Positions 22,389 to 31,219 of a DNA stretch of 64,000 bases are shown one piece after another; the stretch's first letter is position 1, and each line of letters starts with the position of its first letter. This DNA is from Escherichia phage HP3: the sequence record NC_041919.1. One strand, written 5' to 3'. Both the position numbers and the translations under genes were made by a program. Below the pieces are notes generated by a model. The model saw only the letters and a list, made by a program, of their open reading frames with translations, had not been told where the DNA came from and did not search any database.

Positions 22389-22416
22389 AGTCTTACTGAC
22401 ATAACATGAGGACTTT

Positions 22417-22923
22417 ATGATGGATTTGCAGCTTATTACTACTGAAATGGTCGTTAAAGCATACGGTGATACTACAGATGGGATTTCTGTATTTAAAGGA
22501 AATCGTCGAGTTGGATATATCACCGATCTTAAGAAAGATTTAGCTAAGCAAGTCAAGCGGAAAACGACCATTAAAGAATATCGAAATCGTCGTCTTGAGC
22601 AAGCCCGTGATATGCTTCCTGATGCGGTTGAGGAGATGAAAGTCTTTTTAGAAAATCAGCTTGCGAAATATGATTGCGATGTGTTCATTAATCAGACTCA
22701 ACCTAATGTTCATATTAACAACTGTAAATGCTATATCATCGTTAATCCTTTAACGGGAAAACATCGTCTTGGAATTAGTAATCCAAATCGTAGCGCATCG
22801 GATATGGCAGAAGATGTTGAGGCATGCTTTAAAATTTCTAAATCTCCGGCTGAACATCATATTTTAATTAACGGTCTTTCTCAAGACGATATTATAGAGG
22901 TTATTAAAACTTTATGCAATTAA
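22417..22923 (+). CDS. alc: probable Alc (host transcription shut-off on cytosine DNA)
   Basis: 167-168 aa, matching the length of T4 Alc, at the expected place between 63 and the pseT region; sequence not independently recalled. Confidence 0.5.
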   Translation: MMDLQLITTEMVVKAYGDTTDGISVFKGNRRVGYITDLKKDLAKQVKRKTTIKEYRNRRLEQARDMLPDAVEEMKVFLENQLAKYDCDVFINQTQPNVHINNCKCYIIVNPLTGKHRLGISNPNRSASDMAEDVEACFKISKSPAEHHILINGLSQDDIIEVIKTLCN

Positions 22924-23267
22924 GTAATACGACAGCAGGTTTGCTATTAATTGTAATTGCATTAGGCGGAACTTCTTTAATTTTAAAAAATAAAATTGAA
23001 AGATTAGAAACGTCTGTTGTAGAAATTACAAAAACGGCCAATGAAAACGCCTTAGCATTAAATAATTTGCGAATTCAGTATAATTATATTGATGCGATGA
23101 ATAATAAAAATCGTGAGGCGATTGCTGCTATTGAGCGTGAAAATGAAAAACTGCGCAAAGATGCAAAGAAGGCGGATGTGGTGGCTCGTAAGCCAGGATT
23201 GGTTGAAAAACAAATCAACAACTCCTTCAACAAGTTCGCAGAAGACATCCAGGACCTTTCTAAATGA
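22914..23267 (+). CDS. i-spanin-like inner membrane protein (pseT.3 position)
   Basis: 117 aa; N-terminal hydrophobic helix GLLLIVIALGGTSLIL followed by a charged, coiled-coil-like segment; overlaps next ORF by ATGA. Confidence 0.6.
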   Translation: MQLSNTTAGLLLIVIALGGTSLILKNKIERLETSVVEITKTANENALALNNLRIQYNYIDAMNNKNREAIAAIERENEKLRKDAKKADVVARKPGLVEKQINNSFNKFAEDIQDLSK

Positions 23268-23563
23268 TTAGACTATCAGCAGTAATATTATCTATCGGTC
23301 TTCTAGCTGGTTGTTCGACAAAGCCTCTAGAAGTAAAGAAAGAAACAGTTCATCCTAATTGGCCTGTACAAATAAAGTCATATGACGAAGCTAAATTATC
23401 TTGGCAAGTTAAAGTTATTGATGGCAAAGCTTGGGTCGGTATGCCATTTGAAGATTCTCAGGAATTTCGTATTTGGCTTAATGATGTAAAACGATATGTA
23501 CATGACCAGAAAACTATGATATGTTATTATCGTCAAGAGTTAAAAGAGGATAAATGTAAATGA
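23264..23563 (+). CDS. o-spanin-like outer membrane lipoprotein (pseT.2 position)
   Basis: 99 aa; signal with lipobox LLAGC (Cys17); immediately after the i-spanin-like gene. Confidence 0.6.
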   Translation: MIRLSAVILSIGLLAGCSTKPLEVKKETVHPNWPVQIKSYDEAKLSWQVKVIDGKAWVGMPFEDSQEFRIWLNDVKRYVHDQKTMICYYRQELKEDKCK

Positions 23564-23786
23564 TTTCATGGCATCAATTTGAACATCTCAAAGGATTGAT
23601 TTATGAATCCGAGATGGCTGCAATGATTTATGGACGCCAGATTCAGCGATTAGAATCTTTACCTCCAACTAATGATGTTTTATTAGCTCAATCACGTGCT
23701 AATCTTAAAAATGAATACCAAAATAAGTGGGGCAAAGCATCTAAAGACCTGCATGATTATATTCAATCATTAGTTGAGAAAAATAA

Positions 23787-23790
<4 letters not shown>
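23560..23790 (+). CDS. hypothetical protein
   Basis: 76 aa, translationally coupled to neighbours. Confidence 0.5.
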
Positions 23791-25008
<1,218 letters not shown>

Positions 25009-25009
<1 letters not shown>

Positions 25010-25206
25010 TGGCTTGGCACCATGAAACTTGGGCTATTGTTATTGTAAATAGCGGTTTAGTTGGTACTAGTAATGGGCAATTTTGTGTATTTACTAGTGA
25101 AAATAGAGCATGGGAGGAATGCCTTAAATTAAGAGAAAAGAATCCTGATGTTGAACTAGTAGTAAAGAAAACTAAACTGCCTTTACCATGGAAAACGTAT
25201 GAATAA
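25009..25206 (+). CDS. hypothetical protein
   Basis: 65 aa from ATG 25009 overlapping pseT stop (TAATG); ORF track starts upstream at 24979. Confidence 0.45.
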
Positions 25207-25399
25207 CCTAGAAAAGATTTATCGTCTTTGTGATAAAATTGAAAAAGAAAAGAAATATCTATTTTGTCTATGGCCTATTGTTGACGGAAGAGTAGGCCTA
25301 GATGTTCTTGATTATGAAACAGAAGACAAAGTAGATGGCGCAACTTTTGATAACGCTTTGGATGTTATTGATTGGCTCGAAGAAAATTATGTGAGGTAA
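25199..25399 (+). CDS. hypothetical protein
   Basis: 66 aa, coupled start. Confidence 0.45.
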   Translation: MNNLEKIYRLCDKIEKEKKYLFCLWPIVDGRVGLDVLDYETEDKVDGATFDNALDVIDWLEENYVR

Positions 25400-25401
25400 A
25401 T

Positions 25402-25677
25402 ATGTTTCCGACTTACTCTAAAATCGTAGAAGTAGTGTTTAGCCAAATTATCGCTAATAATATGTTTGAAAAACTTGATAACGCAGCTGAGCTTCGAATC
25501 CACGCTCAAGTGACTCATGTATTGAACACTTTGCTTCCAGACCAGGTGGATTCTATTGCCATTACGTTGTATCCAGGTTCCGCGCATATCATTGTTGTAT
25601 TCGGTCTTGATGCTGAGCTAGTTATCAAAGGCGACATTCGCTTTGAATCTCAAACTGCGGAATTCAAAGCGATTTAA
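25402..25677 (+). CDS. hypothetical protein
   Basis: 91 aa from ATG 25402 with GAGG upstream (ORF track starts at 25372). Confidence 0.45.
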   Translation: MFPTYSKIVEVVFSQIIANNMFEKLDNAAELRIHAQVTHVLNTLLPDQVDSIAITLYPGSAHIIVVFGLDAELVIKGDIRFESQTAEFKAI

Positions 25678-25679
25678 TG

Positions 25680-25718
25680 GTTTACTTTACGGTAGAGTTG
25701 TGATATTATAGCTCTACC
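25680..25718 (+). promoter_or_regulatory. T4-type early promoter embedded in a perfect inverted repeat
   Basis: GTTTAC 25680-25685, 17 nt spacer, TGATATTAT -10; GGTAGAG (25691-25697) and CTCTACC (25712-25718) bracket the -10. Confidence 0.5.
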
Positions 25719-25739
25719 AAAACAAATGAGGAAATTGAA

Positions 25740-26267
25740 ATGAGCGAATGGTTTGAAGAAGATAAGGTTTATCGCTTTAAAACTGGGTATAAAGATATTT
25801 TTAATGAAACTTGCGGGGCTAATAAACGAATCGCCCAGTTTATTGGGGAAAATTCATTTAAAGTAAAAATTGACCCTGCAAAGAATGTTATTAGCATTAA
25901 ACGCGAAATTGATGATTGTTGGTATAAAGCTGTTGATGTAATGGGTGAATCCTATAAAGTTAGCCCGTTATTTTCAATTGCTTATATGTTAGAATATTCT
26001 TTTTTCGAAGAAGTTCAAAAAGATGATTCTGTCAGTAAATTTGAAATTAAAACTGATAAAGAAATTAAGTGGAAAGTAGTAGGTATTACTGGTTGCATGT
26101 TTTATATCTATGCTCAAACTGATACAAAGGAAGAAGCTAAAAAGAAAGCTCTAGAATATCTTGAAGAGTATGAAGAAGGCCCGGTAATGATTACCCAAGA
26201 TGCTGAATTAGTTTCTGTCAAATTAGTTAAAAACGTTGAAAGTAAGGAGCTGGGATCAACATGCTAA
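25740..26267 (+). CDS. hypothetical protein
   Basis: 175 aa; first gene after an early promoter; no motif recognised. Confidence 0.55.
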   Translation: MSEWFEEDKVYRFKTGYKDIFNETCGANKRIAQFIGENSFKVKIDPAKNVISIKREIDDCWYKAVDVMGESYKVSPLFSIAYMLEYSFFEEVQKDDSVSKFEIKTDKEIKWKVVGITGCMFYIYAQTDTKEEAKKKALEYLEEYEEGPVMITQDAELVSVKLVKNVESKELGSTC

Positions 26268-26497
26268 GCGAAAAACCAATTACTGTTAAAGAATTCCAAG
26301 AAAAAGTTAAACTATTTGCTCAAGAATTGGTAAATAAGGTTTCTGAACGATTTCCTGAAACGTCGGTTCGTGTTATTACCGAAACTCCTCGTTCGGTATT
26401 AGTAATTGTGAATCCAGGTGATGGTGACCAAATAACACATCTCAAATTGGATTTTGATGGATTAGTTGAAGCACAAAGGGTGTATGGCGTACTATGA
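26261..26497 (+). CDS. hypothetical protein
   Basis: 78 aa. Confidence 0.5.
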   Translation: MLSEKPITVKEFQEKVKLFAQELVNKVSERFPETSVRVITETPRSVLVIVNPGDGDQITHLKLDFDGLVEAQRVYGVL

Positions 26498-26832
26498 TGA
26501 ATTTAACTGATATAATTGATAATTGTCTTGAAAATGATACTGGCGATCATAGAGCGCTTGACTCTGAAACAGCAAAGTTCATTAGAATAACTTTAATGAA
26601 TGATACTCTGGTGAATAGTATTCATCCTTCTGTGTATGATGCTATTATTGTGACGAAGTATCCAGTTGAGCTTCACAAAAAGATGGTTGGCGCAATTTTT
26701 ATTGATAAGAAAAACCGCTTTAAAGATGGGCAGAATATAATTAGTTCTGTTATTAAAAGTATAACTAAACTTCGTCACGAAATTTATCGTGTTGAAACTG
26801 CTAAATCTGCTTATCTGGTGATTATGAAATGA
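26494..26832 (+). CDS. hypothetical protein
   Basis: 112 aa. Confidence 0.5.
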   Translation: MMNLTDIIDNCLENDTGDHRALDSETAKFIRITLMNDTLVNSIHPSVYDAIIVTKYPVELHKKMVGAIFIDKKNRFKDGQNIISSVIKSITKLRHEIYRVETAKSAYLVIMK

Positions 26833-27410
26833 AAGCGAGTACAGTACTTCAAATTGCATATTTAGTATCACAAGAATCAAAATGTTGCTCCTGGAAAGTA
26901 GGAGCAGTAATTGAAAAGAATGGACGTATTATTTCTACTGGATATAATGGTTCACCTGCAGGTGGTGTGAACTGCTGTGATTATGCTGCTGAGCAAGGTT
27001 GGTTGCTGAATAAGCCTAAACATACTATCATTCAAGGTCATAAGCCTGAATGTGTATCGTTTGGTTCAACTGATCGTTTTGTATTGGCGAAAGAACATCG
27101 TAGCGCGCACTCTGAATGGTCGTCTAAAAATGAAATTCATGCTGAACTAAATGCGATTTTGTTTGCTGCACGAAACGGTTCTTCAATTGAAGGTGCTACT
27201 ATGTATGTAACACTTTCTCCTTGCCCAGATTGTGCAAAAGCAATAGCTCAATCTGGAATTAAAAAGCTGGTTTATTGTGAAACATACGATAAAAATAAAC
27301 CTGGCTGGGATGATATTCTGCGAAATGCAGGTATTGAAGTGTTTAATGTTCCTAAGAAAAACTTAAATAAGTTAAACTGGGAAAATATCAACGAATTCTG
27401 TGGTGAATAA
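26829..27410 (+). CDS. cd: dCMP deaminase
   Basis: 193 aa; cytidine/dCMP deaminase zinc motifs HAE and PCxxC; matches T4 Cd. Confidence 0.9.
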   Translation: MKASTVLQIAYLVSQESKCCSWKVGAVIEKNGRIISTGYNGSPAGGVNCCDYAAEQGWLLNKPKHTIIQGHKPECVSFGSTDRFVLAKEHRSAHSEWSSKNEIHAELNAILFAARNGSSIEGATMYVTLSPCPDCAKAIAQSGIKKLVYCETYDKNKPGWDDILRNAGIEVFNVPKKNLNKLNWENINEFCGE

Positions 27411-27646
27411 TGAAATTTCGTTTGGTACAGCTCACAGCAATTAGTTCTTATTCCAACGAGAACATTTCATTTGCTGTAGAGTATAAGAAGTATTTTTTCT
27501 CTAAATGGAAGCAGTATTATAAGTCAAACTGGGTTTGTATTGATAGACCACATAGTTGGAAATCTGATTTAGAAAAATGCCAAAAATTACTTTCCACTCT
27601 TAAAGAACGTGGAACAACTCATATTAAAACTGTAATAGGTAAATAA
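27410..27646 (+). CDS. hypothetical protein
   Basis: 78 aa. Confidence 0.5.
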   Translation: MKFRLVQLTAISSYSNENISFAVEYKKYFFSKWKQYYKSNWVCIDRPHSWKSDLEKCQKLLSTLKERGTTHIKTVIGK

Positions 27647-27955
27647 ATGAAACTGACGACTGAACAAAAAGTAGCAATTCGTGAAATTTTGAAAACTAAA
27701 TTGTCCATGGGTGTTTCAAACGTAGTTTTTGAAAAGTCTGATGGTACTATTCGTGTTATGAAAGGTACTCGCGATGCTGACTTTATGCCAACCATGCAAA
27801 CTGGTAAATTGACTGAATCTACCCGGAAAGAATCTACTGATATGATTCCAGTATTTGATGTTGAACTTGGTGCATGGCGAGGTTTTTCTATTGACAAATT
27901 GATTTCCGTTAATGGTATGAAAGTTGAGCATTTGCTCCAATTTATTGGTAAATAA
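27647..27955 (+). CDS. hypothetical protein
   Basis: 102 aa. Confidence 0.5.
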   Translation: MKLTTEQKVAIREILKTKLSMGVSNVVFEKSDGTIRVMKGTRDADFMPTMQTGKLTESTRKESTDMIPVFDVELGAWRGFSIDKLISVNGMKVEHLLQFIGK

Positions 27956-27956
27956 A

Positions 27957-27981
27957 TGCTTTAAGAATTATTTGTTATTAT
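27957..27981 (+). promoter_or_regulatory. MotA-dependent middle promoter for gene 31
   Basis: AAATGCTTTA MotA box (27957-27963), 12 nt spacer, TATTAT -10 (27976-27981). Confidence 0.55.
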
Positions 27982-28011
27982 TAATTCATCTGTTAACAAA
28001 AAGGAAAAACG

Positions 28012-28347
28012 ATGTCTGAAGTACAACAGCTACCAATTCGTGCTGTCGGTGAATATGTTATTTTAGTTTCTGAACCTGCACAAGCCGGTGATGAAGAAGT
28101 TACAGAATCAGGACTTATTATCGGTAAACGTGTTCAAGGTGAAGTTCCTGAACTGTGTGTAGTTCACTCTGTCGGTCCTGATGTTCCTGAAGGTTTCTGT
28201 GAAGTTGGTGATTTGACTTCTCTTCCAGTTGGTCAAATTCGAAACGTTCCACACCCTTTTGTAGCTCTGGGTCTTAAGCAGCCAAAAGAAATTAAACAAA
28301 AATTCGTTACCTGTCACTATAAAGCTATTCCGTGTCTTTATAAGTGA
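28012..28347 (+). CDS. 31: gp31 co-chaperonin (GroES analogue for capsid folding)
   Basis: 111 aa; [40 protein letters not shown]... matches T4 gp31. Confidence 0.9.
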
Positions 28348-28494
28348 TATAAATAATAATATGAATTGGGTGTCGGAATAATAAGTTAACCGAACAATTC
28401 TATGTGGTAGTCTACAACTGAGAGATCTGTCGAAAGAAGATGAAATTCAGAAGAACGTGACTACCGAGTTTTAATCTCTAACGAGAATTTTTAA

Positions 28495-28743
28495 ATGATT
28501 AAACAATTACAACACGCTCTTGAACTGCAACGAAACGCATGGAATAATGGTCACGAAAACTATGGCGCATCTATTGATGTTGAAGCCGAAGCTCTTGAAA
28601 TCCTGCGTTATTTCAAACATCTGAATCCTGCTCAAACTGCATTAGCTGCTGAGCTTCAGGAAAAAGATGAACTTAAATATGCTAAGCCTCTGGCTTCTGC
28701 TGCACGAAAAGCAGTTCGTCACTTTGTGGTAACATTGAAGTAA
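28495..28743 (+). CDS. rIII: rIII lysis inhibition accessory protein
   Basis: 82 aa; MIKQLQHALELQRNAWNNGHENYGASIDVEAEALEILRYF... matches T4 RIII. Confidence 0.85.
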   Translation: MIKQLQHALELQRNAWNNGHENYGASIDVEAEALEILRYFKHLNPAQTALAAELQEKDELKYAKPLASAARKAVRHFVVTLK

Positions 28744-28987
28744 TTTATTGGAGATTCACTGCCTTAGTGTGAGCTAAATCGAGGAGCCGTCGAACTGTCT
28801 GATTAATGATTTGCGAATCATTATAGTTTTAAGACCCCGGCAGTTTTACGGTGTACCTCTTGAATGTGAATGATGACGGGTTTATGGTTATCCTGGTCGT
28901 TAAATATCCAAAAACCTATGTTCCCCTTGAGGGCTTGCGCAGGCAATGCCAATAAGTCCTGCATTTTCATTTAAAAGAGAATTTATA

Positions 28988-29164
28988 ATGGCAAAACAAG
29001 CTAAAGCAAAGAAAGCAGTTGAAAAGAAAGTTGGTGATTCTAAACGCGCTGGCTACAAGCGTGGGTCGAACTCTCGTATCAATCAAACTGTTGAGAAGAT
29101 CATGCGCCGAGCACGTGCGGTTCTTCGAGATGATGCTTCTCGTTTTGGTAAGCAGAAAGCATAA
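28988..29164 (+). CDS. hypothetical small basic protein
   Basis: 58 aa from ATG 28988 (ORF track starts at 28946); Lys/Arg-rich; followed by a strong terminator. Confidence 0.45.
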   Translation: MAKQAKAKKAVEKKVGDSKRAGYKRGSNSRINQTVEKIMRRARAVLRDDASRFGKQKA

Positions 29165-29169
29165 GTTGA

Positions 29170-29194
29170 GGACTCCTTCGGGAGTCCTTTTTTA
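29170..29194 (+). terminator. rho-independent terminator
   Basis: GGACTCC-ttcg-GGAGTCC hairpin followed by TTTTTTATTTT. Confidence 0.8.
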
Positions 29195-29207
29195 TTTTCC
29201 AAAGATT

Positions 29208-29240
29208 GCATAAAGTTGTTTACAGTATGGTTCCTTTGTG
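29208..29240 (+). promoter_or_regulatory. T4-type early promoter
   Basis: GTTTAC 29208-29213, 17 nt spacer, TGATAGTATTAT -10; imperfect inverted repeat CCTTTGTG...CACAAACAAAGG around it. Confidence 0.5.
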
Positions 29241-29274
29241 ATAGTATTATCTTACACAAACAAAGGAGAATAAA

Positions 29275-29607
29275 ATGAAAACGATTAATCTGAACGCTGC
29301 AGTTAAAACTAAATGCTTCAATGGTAAATATGATGAAACTATGTGGTTCTTAATGGCAGTTGAAGGTGATATTATTGAAGTAGAAACAACAGAAGGTATG
29401 GGAACAGATTTCACCTTTACAATTCAAGTTCATAATTTCTTTACTGGTTGGATTTATGAATTGAATACAGTAATCGTTGGAAAAATTGAACAAAATGAAT
29501 TAGGTGAATGGTATTATGTTACAGCTCGCCAACGTGCCGAACGCTTAATTGAGAAGATGAAAAAAGTTGGTAAACTTGATATGCAGCATTGGAAAGTAGT
29601 AAAATAA
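29275..29607 (+). CDS. hypothetical protein
   Basis: 110 aa; AAGGAG Shine-Dalgarno. Confidence 0.55.
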   Translation: MKTINLNAAVKTKCFNGKYDETMWFLMAVEGDIIEVETTEGMGTDFTFTIQVHNFFTGWIYELNTVIVGKIEQNELGEWYYVTARQRAERLIEKMKKVGKLDMQHWKVVK

Positions 29608-29609
29608 TT

Positions 29610-29648
29610 GTTTACTTTGGTACAGGATATGATATTATATACCTGTAC
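29610..29648 (+). promoter_or_regulatory. T4-type early promoter embedded in a perfect inverted repeat
   Basis: GTTTAC 29610-29615, 17 nt spacer, TGATATTAT -10; GGTACAGG and CCTGTACC bracket the -10. Confidence 0.5.
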
Positions 29649-29674
29649 CGCAATTAAACATCTTGGAGAATAAA

Positions 29675-30040
29675 ATGAACTACATCAACTTTGAACGTAA
29701 ATATGTTTCTAATGGTATTACAGGTTCTATTGATACCATCTGCCTTTGGAAACATCAAAATGGATCAGTATGCGAAATTGAACAGTACATGACTCCTAAT
29801 TACGTTTATATGCGATTTGAAAACGGTATCACGGTTTCAATCACGATGGAAGGTTCCAACTTTAAAATCGCTCTGGATGATGATTTCCGTGAACGCGATT
29901 TAGGGACTCATCCTTGCTGGAATGGCGTTAATCGCAAGCTTTTGGTTAAAACTTGGATTCGTCATATTCTGAGTAACAGAGCTAAACCTGAGCATCTTGA
30001 AGCAATCTTTGATGTAGTTCTTAACGAATTTGATATTTAA
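29675..30040 (+). CDS. hypothetical protein
   Basis: 121 aa from ATG 29675 with GGAG upstream (ORF track starts at TTG 29663). Confidence 0.5.
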   Translation: MNYINFERKYVSNGITGSIDTICLWKHQNGSVCEIEQYMTPNYVYMRFENGITVSITMEGSNFKIALDDDFRERDLGTHPCWNGVNRKLLVKTWIRHILSNRAKPEHLEAIFDVVLNEFDI

Positions 30041-30080
30041 AATAAATGAGGGGCTTTGGCCCCTTACTGAGGAAAATGTT

Positions 30081-30368
30081 ATGTTTATGACCACTTATTT
30101 TGATACTCGTAAAAACTTCTGCGAAGTAGTTTTCTCAAAGGCGCCTAAAGACCTTCCTGCACATTTGCAGCCTACTAGCGAATCGATTAAAAACTACGTT
30201 GATGTGGTTTGTCCTTTAGAGTTTCGTACTGTAAATGGGCGCGATACTTTAGCTATCACTAAACTCAATCGTGAAATTGACATTGACCCCTCAATTGCAC
30301 GTGAAATTAATAGTTCTGATATTAATGGCGGTAATGTTAAATCGCACGGTTTTCAGATGAGGTTTTAA
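30081..30368 (+). CDS. hypothetical protein
   Basis: 95 aa from ATG 30081 with GAGG upstream; ORF-track start 30030 lies before a GGGGC-tttg-GCCCC hairpin. Confidence 0.45.
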   Translation: MFMTTYFDTRKNFCEVVFSKAPKDLPAHLQPTSESIKNYVDVVCPLEFRTVNGRDTLAITKLNREIDIDPSIAREINSSDINGGNVKSHGFQMRF

Positions 30369-30565
30369 TGAAATTCTTTTTAGGTCAAACTGTTGAATTA
30401 AAGGGAGTTGGTATACCTGGATTAATTTCTAAGGTTCTACCTCCGTTTAAATGGAGTGGTATTCAAATAAAAGAGGCTTATATTGTTTTCTGGGTAGATG
30501 GAAATGAAGACCTTCGTATGGGTGATGAATTATCTCCTATCTACGGATTAAAGGAAATAGTATGA
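30368..30565 (+). CDS. hypothetical protein
   Basis: 65 aa, start overlaps previous stop. Confidence 0.45.
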   Translation: MKFFLGQTVELKGVGIPGLISKVLPPFKWSGIQIKEAYIVFWVDGNEDLRMGDELSPIYGLKEIV

Positions 30566-30768
30566 ATATAATTAATAAGATTTTTGGAATTCAGTACATT
30601 AAGGTCACATATAAAGTAACAGATAAAAATCCGTATACTGATGAACATGAAGAACCGCAAGTTGAGTCTATTATATTAGAAAAGGACCCTAACTGGCCAG
30701 TTGAATTTCGTCTTCCTTGCTATGGTCATTGGGCTGATGTTGAAATTATAAGCATTGAAAATGTCTGA
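30562..30768 (+). CDS. hypothetical protein
   Basis: 68 aa. Confidence 0.45.
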   Translation: MNIINKIFGIQYIKVTYKVTDKNPYTDEHEEPQVESIILEKDPNWPVEFRLPCYGHWADVEIISIENV

Positions 30769-31219
30769 GTTAGAGATTAGAAGCAATTTTAGGTGGCCAT
30801 CATGTGCATTAAGTAATTTCGCCCATTGGCCTTTCGTTATGGATGGCATTCAATTTGGAGGTCTTGAAGGATTCCTCCAAGGATGCAAGGTGAAAAACGT
30901 TGAACAACAACGTCGTATATTTGGGTTATCCGGGCTTGCCGCTCAACAAGCTGGAAGGTCTTATGCAAGAGCTCAGGACCGTGGGACCCTCTTCTGGCTT
31001 GGAGTTCCATTTTCAAGATACTCCCCGGCGTGGAAAGAATTATACACAAATGCATATTTTGAAGCAGCGATCCAAAACAAGGGCTTCCGTGATGCATTAC
31101 AAGCCTCGAAAGGAAAAGTTTTGAAGCACAGCATGGCTAGTGGTCTAACAAAAGATGATACAATACTAACCGAAGCTGAATTTATTGATGTGTTAAACCT
31201 ATTAAGAGACTCTCTATGA
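30761..31219 (+). CDS. NADAR / YbiA-like (DUF1768) domain protein, candidate ADP-ribose N-glycosidase
   Basis: 152 aa from ATG 30761; LSNFAHWPFVMDGIQFGGLEGFLQGCKV aligns by eye with E. coli YbiA FSNFAAWPIKVDGKTWPTSEHYFQAQKF, including the Glu position. Confidence 0.5.
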   Translation: MSELEIRSNFRWPSCALSNFAHWPFVMDGIQFGGLEGFLQGCKVKNVEQQRRIFGLSGLAAQQAGRSYARAQDRGTLFWLGVPFSRYSPAWKELYTNAYFEAAIQNKGFRDALQASKGKVLKHSMASGLTKDDTILTEAEFIDVLNLLRDSL

